A stretch of DNA of 49,047 nt from a candidate division WOR-3 bacterium UBA3073 (GCA_002366725.1 DFBT01000076.1:1-49047), one strand, 5' to 3'; positions 8,541 to 17,168 are shown, counted from the stretch's first letter. The notes: generated by a model not told the origin, from the sequence alone. Made by a program: numbers and translations.

Positions 8541-8569
8541 ATTCTACCACCAATTTTATGAAATGTCAA
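8541..8569 (-). promoter_or_regulatory. sigma70-type promoter (TTGACA-17-TAGAAT) for the DMT transporter
   Basis: The reverse strand reads TTGACA tttcataaaattggtgg TAGAAT. Confidence 0.6.
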
Positions 8570-8646
8570 GAAATTTTTCCGGGCACGTTTTGGGAAGCTT
8601 CAAGAAAGGTGTCTTACGGTAAAAAGATGGGTCTCGGGAGGGGAAT

Positions 8647-10766
8647 CTAAAAATACAGCAGATACTTTGCCTTGATTGCCCCGACTTGGTTCTGGAGTTC
8701 AAGTTTTCTCTCGTCGTTTTGTTCCCGATGATCATTTAAGGCAATGTAAAGCCAGCTTTTGGGTAAGAAATTCCAGGAGAAGAGCAACCCCGCGCGGTTA
8801 GATGTTAACTCCGTCTCTCCAAAATATGTCTGGGGTATCTCCATCACAAACTCATTAAAAATCCCCAGATTCATATCTTCAGTTATAGAAAAATCAATTC
8901 TTGGCGTTGCATTAGTTGTAATAGCAATAATTGTATTTAGTGTATCCCACTCAACCCAGTTATTTAATGACAGAGAGAGACGAGTGCGTGGGATTTCATT
9001 ATAAGCGCACCACAACCAGTTGGAACCCTGATAAGCCACAAATTCACGGTCATAATTATAACTATGATTGAAATTACCGCCGAAACTCACATGATAATTT
9101 GCACCGTTGCCCCAGACAGAAAGGTTAATACCGCGGTTGAAATATTCGGTATCTTCCTCGCAACAGGGACCAGCCTGCAGTTGCAAATTAAAACCCCAAT
9201 TATTACGAAAACAAGGATTGACGAATAAAAATCCAACTTTTGACCAGCCATTAACATCACCGGGCTCCCGGGTAAGTGCAACCCCGGGACCCCAAGAAAG
9301 ATTTCTCAGAGCACCCGTTGGATACATTTTAAATGGTCCAACGAACGACAAAATTTTTTTCATTCCCGCCCAGGGTAGATACCCAACATCTTCCACATCA
9401 AATGAATCCTGCACCACCTCGACGCTGCCCACAGCCAGGAAATTTCTGATAAAGCCAAAGTAAACGGACGAAATTGCCCAACCCTTCTTATTGTTTTTAT
9501 CGCTCAGCGCGCCTTGAAGAATGAATTGATTGATGCCAGAGCGGTAAACTCCATCAAGACCAAAGGCAAAATTGTAATCGTCTTTATCTGCCCTCATCCC
9601 GCTAAAGAGCATTCCAACCTCTGAGGTCTCTAACACCCTGCGCTTCACCCTCAGCACTCCAAAGCTCCGACGGGGCTCGGTAGTTAACACCGTATCATCC
9701 TCCAAATACCTTAAGGAATCCGTGTTGGCACCAAACGCCCCAAAATTCCAACTCTCTGCTTTGCTCGTCAGTTTCAGTCCACCGAGAATGGGTACGGACT
9801 CACCATCTATCGACTTACCAACTCCACGGGAGTAGAAGATATTGAGAGGATGATAGAAACCCTTGCCCAGATCGGACATTCGAAAGATATCCTTCCCCTC
9901 GAGGAAGAACGGTCGGCGCTCATCGAGCCATTCCTCGTATTCAGAGAGATTTAGAGTAAATGGGTCGGATTCAATCTGTGCAAAGTCCGGCAACACGGTT
10001 GCATCCAAAGTCGTCTGTGAGGTCAAATCCCATTTAAAATTCAGACTGCCGCTTGGCTTAATCTTTCCCTCTTCTTTTCTCTCTTTATCATATCTCACAA
10101 ACCCCTCAGGATATAGTTCAAAATAATAACCTGTAGATTGAGGATTTATGCCCTTTAATCTTCCATACTTGGATACCATATTATCCTCTATCTGAAGAAC
10201 CTCGGTCCAGTACACAGTCTCCCGATTATTCAAAATATACCGCTCGAAATTTATTCCCCATTCTGTAAGTCCACGCTTATAGCGGATCGACCTGAACGGA
10301 ATCCTTATTTCCACTCCGTAGCAGTCATCATGAATATTTACCGCCCGATACCAGACGCCGTCCCAGGAGTCGTCTGTGGAACGGCCGTCATCGAGAACCA
10401 TCCCATCGTTAAATCTACCACTCGCATAGACGGTGAAATAGTAGGCAGTGGTCTTACCGCCGAAGGGATCCATATATAAGGTCACATAATCCGTATTCCC
10501 CCAAAAACGGCGGCTGGTTTATGGGTTAGTGCGTAGCAGCGAAATGCAACATAGAGATTATCTTTATCCTGGAGCACATAAACCACAGTCTTTTCACCTG
10601 GCAATTTACTTTCATAAGGGGAATGTTGAATAAATCTGTATGCCGAATCTGCAGTTTGCCAGACATCTTCGATAACGCCATCGATCCTCGGTGCGACTTC
10701 GGTAAATCGTATCTCTACTATCTTACCGCCGTTCAAAGAAAGGAGAAAAAATAGTAATAGATTTAT
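8647..10766 (-). pseudogene. CBM9-like + DUF5916-type secreted protein, interrupted by a frameshift and lacking a canonical start
   Basis: ORFs 10482-10736 (IDGVIEDVWQTADS...DNLYVAFRCYA, CBM9-like) and 8647-10485 (..YVTLYMDPFGGKTTAYYFTV.., DUF5916-like) are two parts of one gene in different frames. The switch maps to the C5A5 homopolymer at 10498-10507. The signal-peptide-like INLLLFFLLSL is in frame upstream of the TTG but starts at ATA (10766) just after GGGAGG. Confidence 0.6.
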
Positions 10767-11042
10767 ATGGCCTCCCTTTTATTTAAATTATCGAATTTTT
10801 ATTTGCGGGAAGAAGTTTGGGCAGATTTTTTCGTGCCTTACAATATAATACGAAGTAATTGAGGAAAAGTTTCACTTCGTTCCACGAACTAAAACCTTAT
10901 TTTTCTACCAACTCTGTGTAGGTCTCTCGCGCCTTCCTCTGAACGAGAGACATTATATCGAAGACACAAAGAAGAAAGTAGTCGGAAAATAGAAGATAAC
11001 AAATGCAGAAAAGCCAATTGTTCCGCTTTGCAATCGTTTTCA

Positions 11043-11330
11043 CTATTTCCAATGCCCCGGCACCCAGAACCAGCCTCCTCTTTTCTTTTTCCAGTGTCCA
11101 GGCACCCATGTTGCGTTTTTTTTGGGCCTTTTTTCCCAGTGCCCCGGTAGCCACACCCATGTTCCGTGTTTCCACGCCCAGTGCCCCTGTTTCCACACAT
11201 AATTGGCACCTGGACACGCCGTCTTAACTTCTACCCTGGCAGCCGGTGGTTCCTCCATTACGACAACTGTCCTCGGGGCACAGGAAATGAGAAAGGTCCC
11301 CAGTAGCAGCAAGGCCATAAGCTTTTTCAT
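11043..11330 (-). CDS. small lipoprotein with W-x-P-G-H-W (WXXGXW-type) repeats
   Basis: Signal plus lipobox LISC. Repeats GHWAWKHGTWVWLPGHW...WVPGHW...WFWVPGHWK. GGGGG SD. Confidence 0.7.
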   Translation of the reverse strand: MKKLMALLLLGTFLISCAPRTVVVMEEPPAARVEVKTACPGANYVWKQGHWAWKHGTWVWLPGHWEKRPKKNATWVPGHWKKKRGGWFWVPGHWK

Positions 11331-11358
11331 AAGACCCCCTTTTTCTTCTATCTTCCCA

Positions 11359-11607
11359 TCAACTCTCGCTCGTCGGAGCGACGATTGGCCCCCTGTTCAG
11401 GAGATAGAGTGCCAGTCCGTAGAACCCCGTAAAAACTGTAAGTATAACCCAACCCGCAACATTCGAATTTCTTCTGCCCGCATCCCTGCCCAGAGACACG
11501 AGGAGCAGGACAAAAAGTCCCAAACCGATCAGCCCGAGCAGAACCCAAACAGCGATCAGCCCAACTGATAATATGCCGGGAAAATAATCTAAATCTGGGC
11601 GGTACAT
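11359..11607 (-). CDS. small two-TM membrane protein, unknown function
   Basis: 82 aa, AGGAGG SD 4 nt before the ATG, and two long hydrophobic segments. Confidence 0.55.
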   Translation of the reverse strand: MYRPDLDYFPGILSVGLIAVWVLLGLIGLGLFVLLLVSLGRDAGRRNSNVAGWVILTVFTGFYGLALYLLNRGPIVAPTSES

Positions 11608-11625
11608 TCTGCCTCCTTTCTTATT

Positions 11626-11871
11626 TTAGTCCACTATAATGATGTTCTCCAACCCCTTGCTCTTGCATTTTTTATTAATTATCTCCCTCATATTTTTGAA
11701 TACCTCGCGGTACTTACCGAGTTTTTCAAAGGTCTTGTCGTCTTTTCTCGTTCTGTATTCTCTTTCGTACATCGTGATCTGTGATTTATAAAATAGTGTC
11801 CTCCAGACAAGTTTTTGGATATCTACGGGCAGGGATTCGATCTTATCGGGCGTAAATTCGCTTATCTTCAT
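11626..11871 (-). CDS. hypothetical protein (81 aa)
   Basis: I prefer the ATG at 11871 (MKISEF...), preceded by GGAGAGGAAGAGAG. The track start at 11931 is a GTG inside a repeat element. Confidence 0.45.
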   Translation of the reverse strand: MKISEFTPDKIESLPVDIQKLVWRTLFYKSQITMYEREYRTRKDDKTFEKLGKYREVFKNMREIINKKCKSKGLENIIIVD

Positions 11872-11927
11872 CTCTCTTCCTCTCCAAAGGGGTACAAAAC
11901 AATGTGGTGATTTTTTTCGGCGGCTTA

Positions 11928-11951
11928 CCACGGAACCTCACGGAAATACAC
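11928..11951. repeat. intergenic repeat family 1 (CACGGAA units), second copy
   Basis: CCACGGAACCTCACGGAAATACAC is the reverse complement of 3103-3126 with one mismatch. Further CACGGAA/TCCGTG units extend to ~11985. Confidence 0.7.
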
Positions 11952-11988
11952 GGAATTTAATCTTTCTCTGTGTCGCTCCGTGTTATTC

Positions 11989-12028
11989 CCTGCCTGCCGG
12001 TCCCTACGGACCCGTATGGGCAGGCAGG
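11989..12028 (-). repeat. 10-bp-stem inverted repeat directly downstream of the 12034-12351 gene
   Basis: CCTGCCTGCC (11989-11998) pairs with GGCAGGCAGG (12019-12028) across a 20-nt loop. No U-tract follows on the reverse strand. Confidence 0.55.
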
Positions 12029-12033
12029 CGTGG

Positions 12034-12351
12034 TTATTGGAATTCTTCTATCACGTGGGGGTAGACAACCCCGGAATAGAGTGTATCGGTCTCCTCCCCG
12101 GGAATCCTGGCTTCAATATACAGGAAGACAAAACCATCCCGTGCAGCGAGGGGGGCAAAGAGAAACGGACTGACGGTGATGTAAGTTGCGCTGTCCGGTG
12201 CCCCCCTTGCGAGAGAGACCTCTCGCCCCGTCATTTCCCTCATGATCTCCCTGTACATCCTCTCTGTCTCACTCCTCGTCGGGGTCCCCGACAATGATGT
12301 TCCAACCGTGAGAGAGGTAAACACTATAAGAAACGACAATCTCTTCAACAT
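12034..12351 (-). CDS. small secreted hypothetical protein (105 aa)
   Basis: ATG at 12351 (MLKRLSFLIVFTSLTVGTSLSG, signal-like) preceded by AAGGGA. No family recognised. Confidence 0.45.
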   Translation of the reverse strand: MLKRLSFLIVFTSLTVGTSLSGTPTRSETERMYREIMREMTGREVSLARGAPDSATYITVSPFLFAPLAARDGFVFLYIEARIPGEETDTLYSGVVYPHVIEEFQ

Positions 12352-12654
12352 AATGTTCCCTTGTAGTAAAATCAAACCTGCCTGCCGGCAGGAACCAAAA
12401 TGCAAGAATTAACAGAGGGGGGCGCAGATAAATACGGGGGATAAGTTAGTTGGGTAACCAGAGAAGCGGCTCGTAGAATATCAGCTTATCCGTATATCGA
12501 CATCTGACCCCGTCGAGGCAGGTTTTCCGGTCTGTCGGTATCTTTCCTACTGACCCCCCCGACACAATGCAAATCGCCATGAAATACAGAGAATTAACTA
12601 CAGATGCAGCCGGACAGAATCTTTGAAAATGAATACTTCGGTAGCCGTCGCCAT

Positions 12655-13668
12655 TTACCCCAGAAGTTTCTTCTCAATCCTCTTCAGCCTTTCGTATATC
12701 TCCGGAAGCCGCATGAGAAGGGCGTATGCTTTTTTTGACCTCTTGTGCTCCCTGGCGGGGTAACCGGATATCTCCACTCCATCCTCAACCGACTTTGTCA
12801 CGCCCGATTGGGCACCTATCTTCACCTCATTTCCTATCGTAAGATGGTCAGATATCCCCGCCTGCCCCGCTATAATGACATTCCTTCCTATCTCCGTGGA
12901 ACCAGCTATCCCAACCTGTGCAACAATTACAGAATCCTCACCGATAACAACATTGTGGGCGATGTGAACGAGGTTGTCAATCTTTGTACCCCTGCCTATT
13001 ATCGTATCTCCAAGTGTAGCGCGGTCTATCGTGCTATTTGCACCAATTTCAACATTATCGCCCACCACGACACCTCCAAGATGTGGAATTTTCACCCTCT
13101 TACCCGCCTTCACTATGTATCCGAACCCGTCCGCACCAATTACGCAACCGGGATGTAACACAACTCTATCATTTATCCTCACATTCTCTCGGATGACAAC
13201 ACCCGGGTATATCAAACAATCTTCCCCGATTTGAGAACGCTCTCCCAGATACACCTGCGGGAACAAAACCGCTCCCCTGCCCACCCTGCAACCGGAACAT
13301 ATCACACAGAATGCTCCCACCGATGCGGTTTCATCTATCGCCGCCTGTGGCGACACCTCTGCGAGGGGCGATATGCCTGCAGCGGGAGGTGCCCTCTTGT
13401 AGAGAATATCTGCAAGTTTTATAATTGCAAGGGTGGGTTCATCCACAAAGAGTAGGGTCTTTGTGGTGCTGAGGTTGCTGTTTCTCGGCACGATAATACA
13501 AGAGGCGTCAGTTTTGTTGAGCCATTTTTCATATTTCGGGTGGGATATATAGGTTATATCTCCCTTCCCCGCATCCTCAATCCTCGCAATCCCCGTTATA
13601 TCGATCGAGTTTTCTCCCTTTATCTCGCCCGAAAGGACCTCCGCTATCTTTGTTAATTTCATAGGCAC
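12655..13668 (-). CDS. lpxD: UDP-3-O-acylglucosamine N-acyltransferase
   Basis: 337 aa, N-terminal domain [12 protein letters not shown]...[23 protein letters not shown], then a long left-handed beta-helix of hexapeptide repeats. It lies directly downstream of skp. The start is GTG at 13668 or ATG at 13662. Confidence 0.9.
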   Translation of the reverse strand: MPMKLTKIAEVLSGEIKGENSIDITGIARIEDAGKGDITYISHPKYEKWLNKTDASCIIVPRNSNLSTTKTLLFVDEPTLAIIKLADILYKRAPPAAGISPLAEVSPQAAIDETASVGAFCVICSGCRVGRGAVLFPQVYLGERSQIGEDCLIYPGVVIRENVRINDRVVLHPGCVIGADGFGYIVKAGKRVKIPHLGGVVVGDNVEIGANSTIDRATLGDTIIGRGTKIDNLVHIAHNVVIGEDSVIVAQVGIAGSTEIGRNVIIAGQAGISDHLTIGNEVKIGAQSGVTKSVEDGVEISGYPAREHKRSKKAYALLMRLPEIYERLKRIEKKLLG

Positions 13669-13698
13669 AGATATAGATTGCCCCCGGATATTGCGGGG

Positions 13699-14667
13699 CT
13701 AATCCTTTTTCATAGAGGGTAGGATCTCCGCTGCCAGGTTCGACACCATGGGTATAATGTCCTCTTCTCTCTCACCACTTGATTTTACCTCGGCGGTCTT
13801 GACTATCTCTTCTTTCTTCATATCTATCACCGATATGCGGACTGTTATTATCTCGCCGGTCTTCTCAACCTCTCCCATTATCATGAAGTCGGCATAGGCA
13901 TATCTTCCAACCGTCTTGACATCCTCCTCTGTCAGTTTGTCTTCGCTGAGGGTCACATTGGCAAGCGTGAAGGCATTGGTTATCTTCGTTGCCCTCACCT
14001 CCTTATAGTTTTCCATTGCAATCAGTGCAGCCCGTAGCTTCTCTTTTATATCCTGTCCGCATCCACAATCCTGTGCCTCCTTGTTCATCTCCTTCAATCT
14101 CAGCACATAGAATTCGATATTCTGAAAGCCAGCAAAAACCTCTTCTTCCTCCTCTACATACTCCTTATTTAGCTCATCCAGTATCTTCTGTGTGAGGTCA
14201 AGGTCATCGTTTGCGTATACCACCCCCATACCGGCAATATCAAATATCATCGTGTAGCCTTCTGATTCCCCGATCTGGTTAATGATTTCGTTAATCTTCT
14301 CAACAAACGGTTGCATTATCTCTCTCTGTTTTGTCTCCGCCTCTCCCCCCGCACCCCAGATTCTTTGAATGAACTCCTGGTACTCTCGCTGTTTTTCTTC
14401 TATGGCTGCCCTCTTTTCCTCCCTCGACTTCTCCGATAGCATAACGGACTGGCTCTCATACTCTTGTATCATCTGCTCTATCTCCTGTTTCAATGTCGTT
14501 GCCTTCTTTTCCCAGTCCTGCAGGGCGGTGTTGATTTCCTGCGTGATCTCTCCACCGCCTCTATAGCCACTCAGTATCCGCTGAGAATCTATATAACCTA
14601 TCTTAGTCTCGGCAGAAAGCGCCAAAGGTATAAGGATGAACGGAACCATTCCCCATTTTTTTAACAT
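13699..14667 (-). CDS. OmpH/Skp-family periplasmic chaperone with an extra ~150-aa C-terminal domain
   Basis: Signal peptide, then the Skp-like KIGYIDSQRIL... coiled-coil region to ~aa 170. After an acidic linker (EEEEE) comes a second domain containing FMIMGEVEKTGEIITVRISVIDMKKEEIV. GAGGAGG SD. Confidence 0.7.
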   Translation of the reverse strand: MLKKWGMVPFILIPLALSAETKIGYIDSQRILSGYRGGGEITQEINTALQDWEKKATTLKQEIEQMIQEYESQSVMLSEKSREEKRAAIEEKQREYQEFIQRIWGAGGEAETKQREIMQPFVEKINEIINQIGESEGYTMIFDIAGMGVVYANDDLDLTQKILDELNKEYVEEEEEVFAGFQNIEFYVLRLKEMNKEAQDCGCGQDIKEKLRAALIAMENYKEVRATKITNAFTLANVTLSEDKLTEEDVKTVGRYAYADFMIMGEVEKTGEIITVRISVIDMKKEEIVKTAEVKSSGEREEDIIPMVSNLAAEILPSMKKD

Positions 14668-14718
14668 AGCATCCTCCTCATTAAGTTGATTTTGATCAAA
14701 AAATACAGAATGTTATTT

Positions 14719-16668
14719 TCAGCTCTCTCCCTCCACCGTTACAAACTTCGTCTCATTTCTCAGTGGAGAGAATGGTTTACCACCACCATCAAAAAACTTG
14801 GTGAAAAATTCTGCATACTGCAGTCTGAGTGTGTGAACATAGGCACCGAGGGCATTTATACCTATGCTGAAGAGATGTCCAAATACAAACACAAGGGGCA
14901 CGAGTACAAACTTCAAGATGGGAATCTGTGCCACCACGCCCACGAGAATATTTATCGCCATGGCAAGCCCCATCGTTACAAGCCCCAACGCCATAAGCCT
15001 CGAGTACGATATTATATCTCCGACCGTACCCATTATACCCTGGTAGAGATTAAAAAGTCCCTTTGCAATTTGGGTAAATAAGTTCCTCGAGGGAACTCCA
15101 GACGCAAATAATACGAGAAGAGCGGCAGCTGCAACGAGAGAAAGAAAGATTAATTTAAATGGCTCGAGTGCCGAAACGAAGGATGCCCCCATGAATAGAA
15201 GCAGAAAAATCCAGAACATATCCCAGGATAACTTGCCGGCAATAGCTTCAAGTATCTTTCCCTGTCTCAACAGTTTTAAAAAACCGACAAAGTATCCCAC
15301 GAGTATCTGGACCACACCCAAACCGAGGGCAAGTATAAAAAACTTTAGGGGTTCATTCATGGGGTCAAAGAGGAGTATTCTCTCCCTGAAGGCGGCAAGC
15401 CCGGGAAGGGTTGATGAGAGCCTCTGAGGAAGGTCTCCAAACCATCCGCCAAGGAGCCCTCCCTCGACAATCGTAAATACACCCCCAACAGTGAGTATCT
15501 TTAGCAGTCTCTTGTCCCCCTTTATTTTCCTCATAAAGACAAGACAGATGATGGTAAATACCAGCCCGTACATCGCATCGGTAAGACAGAGTGCAAAGAA
15601 TACAAAGAAAAATGGGGCTATAAGCGGGGAAGGGTCTATTTCCCTCGAGTTTGGTGTTCCATATAGTTTTGTGAGCGTCTCAAAGGGTCTCACCGGGGAT
15701 CTGTTTTCCAGTTCCACGGGAGGCAGTTCTCCCGCGCGCGGGGGTATATCCTCGACTGTCACGGTGGCAAACTCATCCGCCAATCTCTTCAGTCTCTTTT
15801 TATCTCTTCTCCTTATCCAGCCCTCAATGCATACGGCACGGGGAGTTATAAGCGCTTTGGAGAGGGCTCTCTCCCTCAGACTCGCATTGTAATTCTTCTC
15901 GTAGATAACAAAAATCCTCTCTATATCCCCGGCGATTTCTGCACTCCTCTCAACTATCTCCTCCCCCTGTTTCCCTATCTCCTTAAGTCTACTATGTAAT
16001 CCCTTTATGATATCTTGCGGCTTTCCGGTGAATCCACCAAGCCTCGCGGGCTCAAATCCAATGCCCGCAAGAAAGTTTCGTATCTCATTCCTCACCCCCG
16101 TACCGTAAGCGAATATGCAATAATTACCATCTTTCTCCCTTCGGACAATTTCCACCTCAACGGGCAGTTGGGAAACCTTCTCATCAAAATCGGGAGGTGG
16201 TTTGGGTATAAATCCCACCTCCACGCATACCTGCTTGAATTTCCCCAATTCCTCAATGGGTATATTCAGGGACTCCCAGGGAAGCAACTCTTCGAGCTGT
16301 GTCTCACACTGCGTTTTTTCTCTCTGTAGTTCAGTCCTTTTTCTCTCGATCTCTTTAACCTCCGAAATCGCCTTCTCATATTTTGAAGAGACGGGGGTCT
16401 CCCCGAAAAGTTTCCTGTCAACCACCCTCTTGTTGCCAAAGAGGGCATCGATAAATGACTCCTTCGTATAGGGACGGAGATAGTTTATAACCCTCTCAAG
16501 TGATGCAATCTTCATATTGAGGGCTGTATTCTCTTCCCTCTCGGCTCCACCTTTCTCCCTGATCTCGGTAACATGTAAAATGCCCTCTTCCTGAAGTCTC
16601 GAGAGAAATTTCTCCCTCTCATCCCTGTGAAGGGCGAGAAGCACCTTTTCTACTTGTGCTATAGCCAT
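14719..16668 (-). CDS. ntpI: V/A-type ATPase subunit I (membrane a-subunit)
   Basis: 649 aa, with an N-terminal soluble coiled-coil half and a C-terminal multi-TM half. It contains ISYSRLMALGL, the conserved Arg motif of a/I subunits. Confidence 0.9.
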   Translation of the reverse strand: MAIAQVEKVLLALHRDEREKFLSRLQEEGILHVTEIREKGGAEREENTALNMKIASLERVINYLRPYTKESFIDALFGNKRVVDRKLFGETPVSSKYEKAISEVKEIERKRTELQREKTQCETQLEELLPWESLNIPIEELGKFKQVCVEVGFIPKPPPDFDEKVSQLPVEVEIVRREKDGNYCIFAYGTGVRNEIRNFLAGIGFEPARLGGFTGKPQDIIKGLHSRLKEIGKQGEEIVERSAEIAGDIERIFVIYEKNYNASLRERALSKALITPRAVCIEGWIRRRDKKRLKRLADEFATVTVEDIPPRAGELPPVELENRSPVRPFETLTKLYGTPNSREIDPSPLIAPFFFVFFALCLTDAMYGLVFTIICLVFMRKIKGDKRLLKILTVGGVFTIVEGGLLGGWFGDLPQRLSSTLPGLAAFRERILLFDPMNEPLKFFILALGLGVVQILVGYFVGFLKLLRQGKILEAIAGKLSWDMFWIFLLLFMGASFVSALEPFKLIFLSLVAAAALLVLFASGVPSRNLFTQIAKGLFNLYQGIMGTVGDIISYSRLMALGLVTMGLAMAINILVGVVAQIPILKFVLVPLVFVFGHLFSIGINALGAYVHTLRLQYAEFFTKFFDGGGKPFSPLRNETKFVTVEGES

Positions 16669-16955
16669 AAAATATCCCTTGCCTTCTTACTTCCTTTTTT
16701 GAATCTCTCTTCTATATCCCTTTTTTTCTCCTTCAGGGATTCATCCATTTTTTTGCACGAAATCGCCGCCCTTTTTTTTGCCTTCCCGACCGCCTCTGCC
16801 ATCTTCTCCTCCCTTTGTTTCTCTTTTTTTAAAAATGCTTCTTTTCTTTTATCTTCCGCCCCTTTTACGATCTTCTCTGCCCTCTCTTTTGCCTTTTTTA
16901 CGATCTCTTCTGCCTCCTCTTCCGCCTTTTTTATGCTCTGAATGAGACCCTCCAT
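16659..16955 (-). CDS. V/A-type ATPase small coiled-coil stator subunit (H/G-like)
   Basis: 98 aa, an E/K/A-rich predicted coiled coil, with an AGGAG SD. It overlaps the start of subunit I by 10 nt. Confidence 0.6.
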   Translation of the reverse strand: MEGLIQSIKKAEEEAEEIVKKAKERAEKIVKGAEDKRKEAFLKKEKQREEKMAEAVGKAKKRAAISCKKMDESLKEKKRDIEERFKKGSKKARDILWL

Positions 16956-16999
16956 CTACACTCCTTTCTTTTTTATCTCTTCCCTACGGATCCTTTGGA

Positions 17000-17041
17000 C
17001 GGATCTTGAGATCAATTTCTCTTTTTTAATCTCAAGATCCG
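17000..17041 (-). repeat. 13-bp-stem hairpin in the V-ATPase leader (repeat family 2, full palindromic copy)
   Basis: CGGATCTTGAGAT (17000-17012) pairs with ATCTCAAGATCCG (17029-17041) across a 16-nt loop. It lies between the promoter at 17140-17168 and the ATG at 16955. Confidence 0.65.
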
Positions 17042-17139
17042 TATGGACAGGCATCTCCTACCTGCAAGCGGGCAATCCTTGTTTAAGATGTAAAGTTACA
17101 TTTTGCCGAGATGTCTGTATTTTCATTTAACAATTTTGT

Positions 17140-17168
17140 ATTATAACACCAAATGACTGATTTGTCAA
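17140..17168 (-). promoter_or_regulatory. consensus sigma70 promoter (TTGACA-17-TATAAT) for the V-ATPase/skp/lpxD unit
   Basis: The reverse strand reads TTGACA aatcagtcatttggtgt TATAAT, so both hexamers are perfect. Confidence 0.7.

Noticed and set aside
10889-11217. Two overlapping 106-aa minus-strand ORFs with G/R/K/T-rich repeats.
   Set aside because: They are alternative frames of the W-x-P-G-H-W repeat lipoprotein gene (11043-11330) that run on into intergenic DNA. They have no SD, whereas the lipoprotein frame has a signal peptide, a lipobox and an SD.
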